In this document: positions 25,880-38,690 of the stretch, in pieces | Layout of the letters: the number at the start of each line of letters is the position of its first letter | How positions within the stretch are numbered: the first letter of the stretch is position 1 | Source of the DNA: Octopus vulgaris | Taxonomy: Eukaryota | Direction of reading: 5' to 3' | Assembly (NCBI GenBank): GCA_951406725.2 | Contig: OX597823.1 | Location: 58,528,001 to 58,592,000 of the forward strand | DNA: 64,000 nt | Position numbers and translations under genes: made by a program | The notes under the pieces: generated by a model | The model's input: only the letters and a program-made list of their open reading frames with translations | What the model was told of the DNA's origin: nothing | Databases searched by the model: none

Positions 25880-27389
25880 ATACAATATTTCTATCATGGA
25901 AAGTTGTAAAACATCCTACTCTACATACTGCAACCTTGTAGAATGCACATTGGGAAGATGTTTCAACTGGCAGTCCACTGGGAGTTTTTCTTTGTTGATA
26001 GACGTTCACGGCACTGCCTTTTGGAACTCCTGATTTTTTCTAATTTATGGAGACTGGCTGAACTCAGAATGATATCTCTCTGGTAGGCCTTGCTTTTCCT
26101 TCCTGCAGTTATTTTTTTGGAAGAATAACCTGCCCTCAACTGTGTTGTTATATCTGCTCGGAACTGCAGATGGTCGCACCGCTTGCAAGTCACTTCTGAT
26201 TTGGTATACAATATAAATGCATTTACAATGCTCATGTTTACTATATACCAAAACCAGGTATCGCCACCATTTATTACTAGGTCTACCAACCAGATAATAA
26301 CTTATCATCTGGTTCAGCCAATCCACACCACCCATGTACCTGTTATAATCAAGGTTCACAAACAGGGTGCCATTTTCATCTACACATGGTTGTGCACTGG
26401 TAGATAGAAAACTTGCCTCTTATCTCTGTATCCAGTCGCTACCAAATTTTCTTTCTGCCGTTGGATTATTTCACCTCTTTCTTTTAATTTTGTTTTTTTT
26501 ATATCCATCAGCAGCCCTTTGCAATTACTGTAGAATACATATACGTTATCACATCTTCTAAATCCACCGCAAGTTTGATCGAACTAAAAAAATTGGTCAA
26601 AAAATAACATACGGACTTCGTTATGGTATGGAAGTGATAAATTCCAGACCACATCGTACCCTAGGCCATGCTGACTAACATATTATTTTCCCTGTACAAA
26701 AACTAAATCCACAGCAGTACCCAGTATTTGTTTCACAAATTTTTCAAACTTTGATCCCCTATTTCGTGGGCTTTCCTGGCATATATTGTTTGCTTACATT
26801 CTGTGTAACGGTTTGTTTCCTCAGTGATCGCTTTAAACAAGAATACTGGAAAAATAAGAAAAATCTAATGGTTTCGCTTCCTGAGAAAGACTATGGGTAG
26901 ACCTTATCTCCTCAGAAAAATTGCTAATAAAAACATTTTTTAAGCTTTTACTCCATTCCGATGTAAAATTGTCTTCGTTCCTTCAGAATTGCTGCTTTTG
27001 GTTTCGGATACAGAAATATCTGATTCATTCTTGTACACCATGTGCTTTTGTACCACATTCATTCCTTTTCTTGATATCTCCATATCTTCTGTTGAAAAAA
27101 ACCTTCAAAATTAGAATCACTGCTTGATAGCATGAAACTCCTATCCATTTTTAAAGTTGAAAAAATGTCAAAAAAACTCCCAAAATTCACTGAGTTCAGA
27201 TATCACGTCAAACAATGTTGGATACTATAACTCAACTATTTACAAAGTGATATCACGTATTTTCACAAATGTACTAATGAGATTTGTGTTAAAATTCATA
27301 TTTAAATAACAATGGGTACTCTCAGCCGGGTTGGTCTTATGAACCAAAACATTTTGGGGTTGGCTACAGTCTGGCTGGTATTGAAAGGG
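25880..27389 (-). mobile_element. Decayed piggyBac element with transposase pseudogene (PGBD4-like)
   Basis: Terminal AAAGGG|TTAA at 27389. Minus-strand motifs QYMPGKPTK*GIKV*KICETNTGY, FFD-FFSS, DKRQV, YNRYMGGVD..DQ-like (NQ), KWWRYL, NAFILY and a Cys-rich tail. The other TIR was not found. Confidence 0.88.
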
Positions 27390-27759
27390 TTAAGCAGTTT
27401 CTGGTGTGATCTTAATCATTCCCGATGAGCATCACACATTATTCTTTCAACTGTAAGTTTAGGTCTTGAAATTTTGGGAAAGGTGGTCAGTCTATTACAC
27501 CAACCCCAGTGCCTGACTGATACTTTCTGTGTATACCTTAAATCTCACAATGTATTAGACCACCTCTGCTTCTAGATTGCAAAGATACCGACTTGGAATT
27601 TTTATTTTTTAAAACTAAAACCCTCCATGATTTTATATAAGAACACAAGTATACCATTAAATGAAAACAGTTATTTTAGTGAATTCTTACAAATTCCTTG
27701 TTATCTTGAAAATTAGCTGAAATAATTAGTGATTTTCATTAAAAATGCAGCTGTGAATG

Positions 27760-27988
27760 TTTAAGCCGTTGTCATTCAAATTACTCTGTCAAATTTAATG
27801 CTTATTTGCTAACATTGTTTTGAATTAATCATGCATTATCTCATAGCTTTGAGATTTCAGTGATGTGAATGTTTAACTTTAGAATGACATTGCAGGGTAG
27901 GTGTGGGAGGCCAGATCTGGCTGTTTTGAACATAAAGCAGGTAGAATTTTGGGGCTACATGTGGTTAGTTTAAATGCTCGAAGGAGTA
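27760..27988. mobile_element. M1 MITE, decayed
   Basis: Body homologous to 2207-2425. Further copies near 24590-24718, 40005-40210, 46730-46905 and 49065-49170. Confidence 0.65.
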
Positions 27989-28246
27989 AGAGCATCGTTG
28001 TTCAGTAACAAACTCAGACTTTATGAACTTGTTGTTGTTAATGGAATATATGTTTTTAATTCCATTTTGTCATATTAATCAGAAATGGAAATCGTTGTAT
28101 ATGAGTTTTGACTGCTTTTTAAATTGTTTTACTAAATATCCATAACGAGGCCACATGTTACACACATTCATTATTGCAAGAATTTTAAATAATTTTAATG
28201 GGGTGTTTTACTACTGACATATTGGTGAGAAATAAATTAAGGTACC

Positions 28247-28438
28247 ACTTAAAAAGCACCTGGATTGTACAAAGCACCCAGCACATTCTGTTAAGTGGTT
28301 GGCATTAGGAAGGGTATCCAGCCATAGAAACCATGCCTCAACAGACAGCTGGAGTCTGGACAGCTCCCTGCTAGCCAGATCCATGTCAAACAGTCCAACC
28401 CATCCCAGCATGGGAAGCGGATGTTAAACAATGATTAT
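28247..28438 (+). mobile_element. RTE-like 3' UTR fragment
   Basis: GTGGTTGGCATTAGGAAGGGTATCCAGCC..GCGGATGTTAAACAATGAT. Confidence 0.7.
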
Positions 28439-29657
28439 TTTCAAATCATATTCATTGTGATGTTTTATGAAAGATGGATTTAGGATGAAAACATCTGCGA
28501 TTCAATACAGATTCACAACCTGGTGCTGGGATATTTATTCCTATCACATTCACCCAAGAAAGCTTTCATCTCATTTTCATTAGTATCATACCATCTTCTG
28601 TCACCAAGGGAGTAATGACGTTCTCTACATTTTATGGTGTGTGTACAGTTTGTAAATATGTTTGGAAAAGTATGTTTTGAAAATTTGAATGTCTAATCTC
28701 TCTCTAATTTTGGCACATGTCCTGGTGTTGACCCTGAAAGCTTCAGGGAAATTTACGGCATGTGTTATTTTCTATACTGTTTGCACTCTTCCTTTTCATA
28801 ACTGACACCAGAATTCTATGTCCATGTTGTTTACGTTAAAATTGAAACCTTTTCTCTAATTATTTGCTGCATTCTGAGAGAGGGGAAACTTTTTAAATTT
28901 GTTGTTGGAACTGGTTTGTGTCAATCAAGTTGTGAAAAATGTACAAGTAAAGAAACCACTGTAGCTAGCTATTATGTACTAAAATTGTATGCCAAAAGTT
29001 AATAATGCCAATTGTAAAAGGTTTTTCAATTGGCCACTGTAAGAAATTTCCATAGCAACTACATATATAAACCAATAAAATACAAGTTTTATAAGGGGAT
29101 GTCTATAATCACAAGATACTTCATGATTGGCTGTAGGCAGGTAGTTTTCTTGCTGCAGATATCTCGTGACAAATTAAAATGGCAAAGTGCCAAATAACAA
29201 GATATCTTGTCATTTGAGGTTAGGGCAGTGGTGTTGCTGAAATAGTTGTGCATTTAATGAAATGCCTCGGAGGTGACAGGAACATTAGGCTTAAAAAAGA
29301 AAAAAATGCCTAAATGCCATTTAGAATCTCTCTCTTGGAGTTTAATTCCTACTGGGGTTAACTTGGTCTTTTATTTATTCAATGTTGATACAATAATACC
29401 AACCATGTTTTGGGGTTGATTCTATCAGTTTTACACCCTACCACCACCACCACCACCATCATATGTTAGAAAATGCAATTAAAAACAGCAAGCTGGAACA
29501 TTTTGATTTTTCCAGCTTCTAGGGTCAAATTCCAGTTTGATTATCTTGGCTTTTCATGCTTCTGGGAGCAATAAAACAGTACTAAGTTGGAATCAGTTGA
29601 ATCAACTTGTACTTGCCAAGAATTGGCATCATGCCTAGGTGAAAACCATTATTATTA

Positions 29658-29865
29658 AGGCAGCAATCTGGCTGAATTGTTAGCACGCCAGACACAATGC
29701 CTAACTGCATTTCATGTCTTTATGTTCTGAGTTCAAATTACGTTGCAGTTGACTTCATCTTTTGAAGTCGATAAAGATAAATACCAGTTGAATACTGGGG
29801 TCAATGTAACTGATTTAGTTCCTTCCCCTGAACTTGCTGGCCTTGTACCAAAATTTGAAATCATT
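29658..29865 (+). mobile_element. SINE family B
   Basis: Head and B-box as at 16912, ending in (ATT)n. Confidence 0.7.
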
Positions 29866-29871
29866 ATTATT

Positions 29872-30135
29872 CATTCTTTATCTCAGGTTTTGTTGTAACT
29901 CCTACAGTCTTGCCTGTATAGCAGGCTTGCTACCTGCAGCCTACAGTACCATGCCATACGTTCTTTTCAACTGACCTGATTATTCTGGCCATGCCAAGGA
30001 GGCAAACCTTTTGTAACAGTTGTACTGAGCACTCTATTCCAATTTTCTTTATATTCCTCTTGATGCCTTCTGATACTGTCACGAAGGACCCAACAATAAT
30101 TGGCACTATCTTCACCGTCTTCATTTTCCATAGAC
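29872..30135 (-). mobile_element. 5'-truncated Dong/R4-clade non-LTR retrotransposon
   Basis: SLWKMKTVKIVPIIVGSFVTV..LLQKVCLLGMARIIRSV resembles the restriction-like endonuclease C-terminus of R4/Dong. Flanked by (TAA)n, the known Dong target. Confidence 0.75.
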
Positions 30136-30153
30136 TATTATTATTATTATTAT

Positions 30154-30700
30154 GAGTGAGAGAGAGTAGTGCATACCATCAAAGTGACACTGGGGTACAA
30201 ATATAAAAAACCCAGAATATCCATCATGACTACTCGTCTGATAACGTTGCACTAGGCACATGCACCACAACCATATGTATGCGACATGGTGATCTCATAT
30301 CAAGATAAACAGTGCATGACCTTGAAGGTGGGGCCCAGTTAGAATTTTCTTCAAGTCGAGTAGCCCATCCTGCTCAAAAGGTCCCTGAATGAGGGTTGTT
30401 CAAGGATGATGAATGAAACACCCGAAACACCCATGTTTCCAGAGATGAATTATTGAAACCCTCTTAACACATGGCTATAATGCTCCCCCATTACTTCCGC
30501 TTGAGATCAGAGATGCGCATATTGTCAGCCACTTAGGGACATGCTCAACTGGTTACGGTCAAACAACTGCCAAGCAAATCTGTGGCATTGAGCAGAATAT
30601 TTGCTGTAGCCCATCTTTTATACCAAGACAAAACATGTACATGATAACACTGCCAATCAGTTAAGATCAAAGGCCTTGAGAGCAACTGCATGGTACTGCA
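30154..30700. mobile_element. 547-bp unclassified element bounded by (TTA)n on both sides
   Basis: Sharp boundaries against TTA repeats and higher GC than the flanks. No clear ORF. Confidence 0.5.
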
Positions 30701-32432
30701 TTATTATTATAAATACCAGTTAAACATTGGGATTGTTTAAACTGAACTACATTCCTTCCAGGATTTGAAGTTTCTCTCCGAAGTGGAAAAAAATGTCAGC
30801 ATCATCAGTGGCAGCAGTGTTATTGTTGCAGTTGACAGGTTTCATAGAGTGGCATCTGTGTATGTGTAAGTAGTGTAGCATATGTGTGTGTGTAAGCTTT
30901 GCTGCAAATAGAATTAGCTGAGTTGCTTAACAAGCCCTATTCTTATGTAAATACATGCTCACATGCCGTATATAAAGTACATTGTACATTGTAACCCCTG
31001 CCAGTTACCATTCCTCAAAAAAAAAAAAAAAAATAAAAGGGGAAAAAAAGGGAAAGGAAGAAAGCAGGATTTAATCTGACTAGAAGTTAGCATTTATTTA
31101 TTCATTCATTCTAGTTTCTCCATAAAATATCTACTTTGATTTCTATATGCACCTTTCTAAGTGTTATGGTGGTGGTAGTGTTGTGGTGAGTGTCGATACA
31201 TTTTTGTGTGCATACAGCATATATCTGCACATTTGTGTATGCGCGTGTTGCTTTTTGCTTAATATTCTGTATTTTTAGAGCATTTTCATCTCTGACATGA
31301 TTTGACTAATGCATGCACACACACACACACACACAAGTATGTATGCATGCACATATCTACATCGGTGCATATGTAATGTGTATAGATTTAAATACATCTT
31401 TCTCCTTGCTTCTTTCATTGTGCATCTCCTTAGAAAATGTGTCAATGTGCATTTCAGTCAGTCCGAATCGCAGGTTGTCGCTATCTTTATTTGTTATTAC
31501 TATTTATTACTACTTCATGTTGACAAGTTCTTCACCGAATGTATTGATGAATTTCCATGACCGATGTGGCCTTCTAATGGTGTCAGATGTGCTCGCATTC
31601 AGGTGCTTAGATTGAAAATGTAAGGTCATGCATTTCAGATTGACAGCTGCAGGAGGGAAAAAAAAAAGAAAGAGAAAAAAAAAATATCTATATAGCTTTT
31701 GCATGCGGGTTGGTTGGCTGATTGGCTGGTTGGCAGGTTAACAAATAGCTCAGCTGGAGAAAATGTCTTGTTGGTTGGCTTCGGTATTGAAAGAACTGGC
31801 TTGAGAAATGGTTCAGCCAGCCAGCCATAGCACTCTGCGAGGAACCCCGTTCTGTCAATGCCACTGTAAAAGTGGCCACCAACATCAGTAGTTCACCTCT
31901 ATAACATTTGCGTATTGCCAAGCTGTCAACTTAAGCTGGTTTTTGTATATATATATATATATATATATATTTATACATACACATACACACACAGATATGA
32001 TGTGTATATATAATGTGTATGTATGTGTGTTCTGCTTTCTCTGCATTGGTTCATTGCCCTCTCACCATTTTTTATGATTTGGCTCTTCATAAACCTCCTC
32101 TACTTATCAAAAAATAATTGAGTAGTTTTCAAACACCATAGAATATAACTCACTGCATGTAATGCATTTTCTTTGCAAAGTTTTTATTTTATTTCATTTC
32201 ATATTTTCTTTGGTAGTTTGCGTTAAAATCCCCGTTTCCAGGTAGTAGTCAGTAAAAGTATTCTTGTTGTTAGCTCCCTTTCTCATTCTTGGTTTCCCTA
32301 TATTCTCTTTCTTTCTTTTTTTTTTTTTACGTTTTGAAAAAGACTGTTCTGATGTTAATAACCCACTTGCAGCTATCCTTGGTTTCTTTAATACAAGAAT
32401 ATCTCATCTTAAAGTGATCATATTTAGATTAA

Positions 32433-32782
32433 CCCTTTGGCATTAAAACCAGACATACCTGGCCCAAATATTCTGTCTGTTTTATGCTCAAACTGACCAG
32501 ATATGACATCTCACATCTACCCTACAATGTCATTCTAAAAATACACACTCATCATCATCATCATCGTTTAACATCCGTTTTCTGTGCTAGCACGGGTTCG
32601 ACTGGGGTCTGGGAAGCCAGGAGGCTGCACCAGGCTCCAGTCTGATCTGGCAGTGTTTCTACAGCTGGATGCCCTTCCTAACACCAACCTACATCATCAA
32701 AATTTTGAAGCTGTCTGATAATGAATGATGAATTCCAAACAATATGAATAAAATAATCATTACTTTCGACAATACTAATGGG
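32433..32782. mobile_element. M1 MITE with nested RTE-tail insertion (~32549-32690, minus)
   Basis: TTAA|CCCTTTGGCATT start. (CAT)nCGTTTAACATCC..CCTAACACCAACC insert, after which the MITE resumes. Confidence 0.75.
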
Positions 32783-34744
32783 ATAAAACTTTGCCTTGTA
32801 ATTTTTCTGTAAGAAGCCTGACCCTGTTTCAGTTAATTTCATTTCAAATACCCACTTAGCACTTTTGGTACCAAAGCACCCAAGACCATGATACCTACTT
32901 TAACAGAAATATAGTAATAAAAGGGTTATTTTACTGAACTCTTCCAAAGTCTTAAATTATTTTCCAAAAATAGAAAAGAATAATAATATTAATGATAAAT
33001 TAACTAGCAGTGTGTATTGGAAATTCCATGGTTATTTTGAAAATGGTGTCATGAAATTGTATATTTTTGTGCAATGTTTGATTCTTGAGATGTAAAAATC
33101 CACATAGACCATATTGAAGGGGCAATCTCTGTCTGCCTGCCTACATACTCTCTATTTCTCCCTTGAACTAACCATTTAACAGTGTCTTATTGTGATACCT
33201 ATGTTACCTCTACCTTAAGTTGTTAACACTTCATTCTCCCCCTAGTTTTCTCTCTTACTCTTCACCTTCCCCTTTAGCTCATCATGTGATAGTGTAACAC
33301 ATTTGGCCCAAGAACAACGGCTCTCCCTCTCTCTCTCTCTCAATGCTTTTTCTCTGTACCAGGATAATGGTAGGGTAATTTCTAACTGAAACTGTCATAA
33401 ATTAATTTAATACAACATATATGATGATGATGACCCCTTATTTTGTTTTGTTTTTAAGGCCTCCATGTGTAGAGATGTTTTATCTGTTGGGGTTGTGCTT
33501 CTTTTTGCTAAATGATATGCACCCCTTTTTTTTTACCACTAACAAATTACTCGGCTATGAATTTAGTAGTAGAAACTTTTCACCCAGCCCAGCTCAGAGG
33601 AAGCATAGTTAAGCACTTCACACGGGAATGCAATAGTGTGACAGCAAAAGGGAAATGATTCTCATTAACTTTTATCATGATCATCATATTTCGCTTTTAC
33701 ATACTACTACTACTAGATTACCCATGACCCGTTAGGTCACAGGGAAAGTCTGAGTTTCCCAGCAACGGAGTTATTTTGCATGCTTTCAAAGTATGTGACA
33801 TCGAAATCGCGCATAAGTGGCTCCTTTCCCCAGAAAAGGAAAGATTTGACTGTTATTTTTTGCATTCCCTGCTACCATGTAACAGGTATTTCAGGTCTTT
33901 TATCGCAAATTGCAGTTACGTGGTAGCAGGGTGTGCTAGAAATAGCAGCCAAATCCTTGGAAATGAGATACATTGAATGCCCTCAAAAAATATCTATGTA
34001 AAAGAAGTATTTCATACCAAGGTTACAAATGGGTCTTTTACGAAATATTTATGCCCAAATAATTTTTGTAATGGTATTCACTTGAAAATAATTTTTAAAA
34101 AAACACTAAAATATTGTCTGTTTAAAGAAATCTAAAATATGAATACTTACTGTACAAACAACTAACATTTTTGAAATCACATTCACTTAAAAGTATTTCT
34201 AAATGATTATTTACTGTAAAACATCAAATTGTATTTTTTTCGTTGTCAAGTCACTGTTTAATCAAAATGTAAGTTACTTCCCTTTCAGGATTAAGTTAAT
34301 TTCGGAGACTTTTCCAATTATACACTGTTTTGGGTATTTATACCATGGAAACCCTTAATATCTTCACGACCACTTATCCGATTTACGGGAAATTTGTTTC
34401 ATTCCATTCGTATTTACATTTCAGGGGAACCTTAATTCATAGTATTTTCCCATTATTTGCCAGTTTGGCTGAGTAACATTGCCAGCAAGAAAGATTCAAT
34501 CTGACTTTTAATGTATTATAGATAGATATACTATATACTTATGTACCTATTTTAACTTTCATAATCTACTATGGTCACATAGTTGGGCAATTGGGCTAGT
34601 CAAATCAGAACGCTAAAAATGGGCATATATACCCCTAAAGCATCCCATTAGTCACTCTAGCTATTCTACTAATCCACTTTCCTGGATCAGTGTTTTATTT
34701 AGTGACCACTACCACTAAAAGGATGAAGCACGATAAAGTTCAAA

Positions 34745-35137
34745 TTGGTGAAGGAATTTGCTTCCCAACCATGTGGTTCTGAGTTCAGTCCCACTGTGTT
34801 CTGTTGCACCTTGGGTGAGTGAGTGTCTTCTTCTATAGCCTCTAGCTGACTAAAGCCTTGTGTGTGGATTTGGTAGATAGAAACTGAAAGAAGCCTCTTG
34901 TCACATGTGTGTGTGTGTGTGTGTTTGTTCCCAATCATTGCTTGACAGCCAGTGTTGGTGTGTTTACATCTCCCATGACTTACCAGCTTTGGCAAAAGAG
35001 ACCAATAGAGTAAGCACCCAGGCTCAAAAAGGAAGAAAAGGAAAATAAGTAATGGGGTCGATGCATTTAACTAAGAAAAAAAAATTCTTGAAGATTTTGC
35101 CCCAGCATGGCCACGGTCTATTCTAAAAGATAAAAGA
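34745..35137 (+). mobile_element. SINE family A
   Basis: Homologous over its full length to 53963-54345. Confidence 0.8.
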
Positions 35138-37697
35138 AATATTCCAAGATTATTATCTCAAGGAATTGGTATTATGTTCTCATGGTTTTTACTAGTAATA
35201 TCTTTGTAGTTGCATTTTTCACTATTTCAATATTCTTTTTTCTTTTTTTTTTTTGCTAGTATTTTACAACATTTTCATATCTCTTATTTAAATCTTTTTT
35301 TGTTTTTATTTTTTTTTAATTTTTGGTTTCTGTTATTTTGTTCCTTATTTTTAGTTCTATCTTTTTTATTAATATTTTGGTATTTTGTATCCAAATTTAT
35401 TTCCCCATATAATCATTTCATGTTAGCAACTTGTTTCCTTGTGTAAAAAACATAGTATCTTAAAGACAACAGTTATTTAAGTTAACAGAGCTGTTTGTCA
35501 AATTTACTGTTTATGTGGCAGCCAGAGGGTGGGTGGGTGGGTGGGGAGGTACAAGTTTTTCTGTTAGTCTTTCTTTCTTTCTTTCTTTCGAAACCCAACT
35601 CTTAATGGTTTGGTTTGTATTCATTATATCAACAACACAATTATGCTAAAGTTCTTTTGACTTATCACTCGAATGTTTGTTATCTTTCTAGATGTCAGTT
35701 CTAGTCAAGGCAAAAACAAAAACAAAAAAAAAGTAGAAGAAAACAAAAAAAAAACAACAGATGGGAATCAGCAGTAATGAAAATGTTCATTATAAAGAAA
35801 GGGGTGGAAGCTGCATAATAATAATATAAAAAAAAAATGAAATAGAAAAATTATAATAAAAAACAAAAGGACATCATACACACATACAAATTGTTAAGCT
35901 GTCTTTAACAGGCATTAATTTTGAAGACTGAGTGATTGATATAAATCCACACCAATCTTGAGGAATAAGTCATTATAAAAATCTAATATTTTCAATTTCT
36001 ATTTGTCCCATTTGTCACCTAAAGACTAAATAAAATCGTTAAAGGTTGTTGTTTTTAATTTTCGTATAACGGTATTTGTGTTTGTTTCTGTATGTGTGTT
36101 TGTGTAAAAAGAGGAAGAAAAAAAACAACTATGTATATAATTTTCCAATTATAACTTTAAGGTTAACTTGTCAGGATGGATAAACTCTCAACCTGGAAGT
36201 CATTTGTCACTCTCTATGAGCACATTTCTGTCGGCTGTAGAAACTCTAATCACAACAATGATAGTTTAATTAAACTCCCCACCCACTCTTGCCCCTCTTT
36301 ATAAATTCATATAGTTTTTCTAGCCTGCCCCCCTCCCATGGTCTTCTCACTCTGTACTTAAAGTAATGATGGAAAAATAGAAAAAATAAAAATAAATAGC
36401 ATGCAGGTAAAAAAAAAAAATCAGAAGCAAAAAATAAATAAAAATGAGAAAAAAAAATTCATTGATTCTTAACTTTAGGATTTATTTTTGTGACCCCTTG
36501 ATGTGCAACATTAACAGTGATATCTGATCCCTGATGATCTGTTTGTTTGTTGTGTCTTTCAATTTTGCCATTACTAATTGATGAATGACATCAAGGAAGT
36601 GTCATTTTGTGGGCAAGTCTTTTTAATAGTGACTATTCAGATAATCTTTGCTGCCTAATCTATCACTGTTCCAAGATAATGCCTGTCAGATGGCATTTTC
36701 TTAGGTTGGCACTTTCTTCAAGACAAAGCAAAATAAAGCCACATACAGAGAGAGAGAGAGAGAGAGAAAGAAAGAACAAAGAAAAAAGTATGATTTATTA
36801 ATTTAAATTGATTCAAATAGATTAACTGTAATTTTTTCTTTTTTTTTTCTCTTTTTCTTCTTCAACTTGTAGTTACCAGCCCATTTTCGAAATCAAATTA
36901 AGGAATTGCTATTACTATCACCCACCATTTTCACTGTTTTCCTTGTCAAAATAAAACAAAATAAATAAAAACAAACTACTATTTGTAGTTTCATTTGGAA
37001 TTGATATTCTATCATTGGTTTTACACTATTAGTAAACTTCAGGTACTAAGTTCAATGTCGAAGTGGCATTTACCTGTGACTAAATTACATGGTTAACATT
37101 GCCATCAATGTTAGACATAAAACTTACAGGTACAACTCATTTTTGTCAGCTAAGTGGATTGGAGCAATGTGAAATAGTATCTTGCTGAAGGACACTGCGT
37201 TGTCAGGAATTGAACTTACAATCTTTTGATTGTGAGCTGAATAGCTTAACCACTAATCCACACACCATTGACACACACACAAGCAGGCATAGCTATGTTG
37301 TTAAGTTCACTTCTCAGCCATGTAGGTTTCATGTTTGGTCCAATTAGGCAGCACCTTAGGCAAGCATCTTGTATATTGATTGCTTATGGCTGGCCAGTGC
37401 CCTATTCAATTTTGTAGACAGTGTGTGTATTAACTCGCTTGTATGTGAATGTGCCCAAGCTGTTCTGCATTCTGCATCTTTTACATGAGAAACCAGGTGT
37501 ATATCAATCACAGGATGAGCATCCTACCTGAAAATTTGTTTCCTATCCAAGCCAGGCTAGCATGGAGAAGCGGAGTGAATGAATGAATTAACTATATATA
37601 CATGATGAAACTGGGGACATAACATTCTATTTATTTTGTATGTTACACTGAGTTATGCTGTATTTATATAACTTTATTATTTTCTCTTTCTACTCAG

Positions 37698-37745
37698 GCC
37701 CAAATATTCATCCATCCAGAACAAGCAATTTATCTGTTTTATCAG
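37698..37745 (+). CDS. Probable 48-nt cassette exon of the HP1-like gene (phase 1-1; SPNIHPSRTSNLSVLS)
   Basis: TTTCTCTTTCTACTCAG acceptor, consensus CAG|GTAAGA donor, length divisible by 3, open in the required phase. Confidence 0.55.
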
Positions 37746-38106
37746 GTAAGATATACAACTATTTCATTAATCCTTTATTGACACCTTCAGAAAATTTCTA
37801 TACTCAATTTGTCGGTGTGGTCTGGCAGTGTTGTTGAGTGTTTCTCTGAATTCTTTCACCTAAGCTGTGGTCAACAAAGTTTATTGCTGTAGATAATCCA
37901 CTTCTGCTGTTGTTGTTGTTGTTGTGTGTGTGTTTGGTGTATGACAAGGCATCCAGCTGTAGAAACCATGCCAAAAGTAGAACGTGTGTGAGATATCAGC
38001 TCAACTCTGAGGTCAGTAAGTCTGCATAAGAACTGACCCAAACTGTGAAAATCTGTCTAATCTACAGTTGCATGGAAAATGAATGAAGCTGCAATAATGA
38101 TGGTGG

Positions 38107-38143
<37 letters not shown>

Positions 38144-38463
38144 ATTGATGTAGCATTTTATCTACAACCAGTGGAAGAATCTTTTCACTTGTCCATCTTC
38201 ATTTTCTGAAATCTTTGCTATAGATACAGGCATGACTAAGACTTCAGGTTCAGAACTGCATGTTCTGAGTTTCATCACACCACATGGCTTTTTTTTGAGT
38301 AAAGTCTCTTCTACTATAGTTTCAGGCTAACTGATGTTTGAGTGGAATTTGGTTGGCATAAACTATGCAGAAACTTGTTGCAGTTGTATAGTTTGACTGT
38401 ATTTGCTCCATTTATGCCCGTGTCCATTTTGTATTTTATACAAGGATGATGACCTATGAAGTA

Positions 38464-38690
38464 CAGTAATCCGTCACAATATTGCAGTTCATCTATCATG
38501 GTTTATTATTCAAGGTTACATCGATTCCTCTGTGATGTTGTTTTGCATTTATAATAAAATAAATATATACAAATTATAAAAATAATGTAAAAAAAATATG
38601 CAGTACAGTACTGTTTCTACCTCAGATTTTCACTTATCGTGGGGGTTTTTTGGAACATAACACCCACGTGAGTTGTGGGATTACTTACTG
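38464..38690. mobile_element. Tigger/pogo-like MITE
   Basis: TA|CAGTAATCC...GGATTAC(TTA)CTG|TA. Its left end is repeated at ~51800-51878. Confidence 0.6.

Noticed and set aside
31544-31620. Box C/D snoRNA candidate (TGATGA)
   Set aside because: No CTGA box D or terminal stem at a suitable distance.
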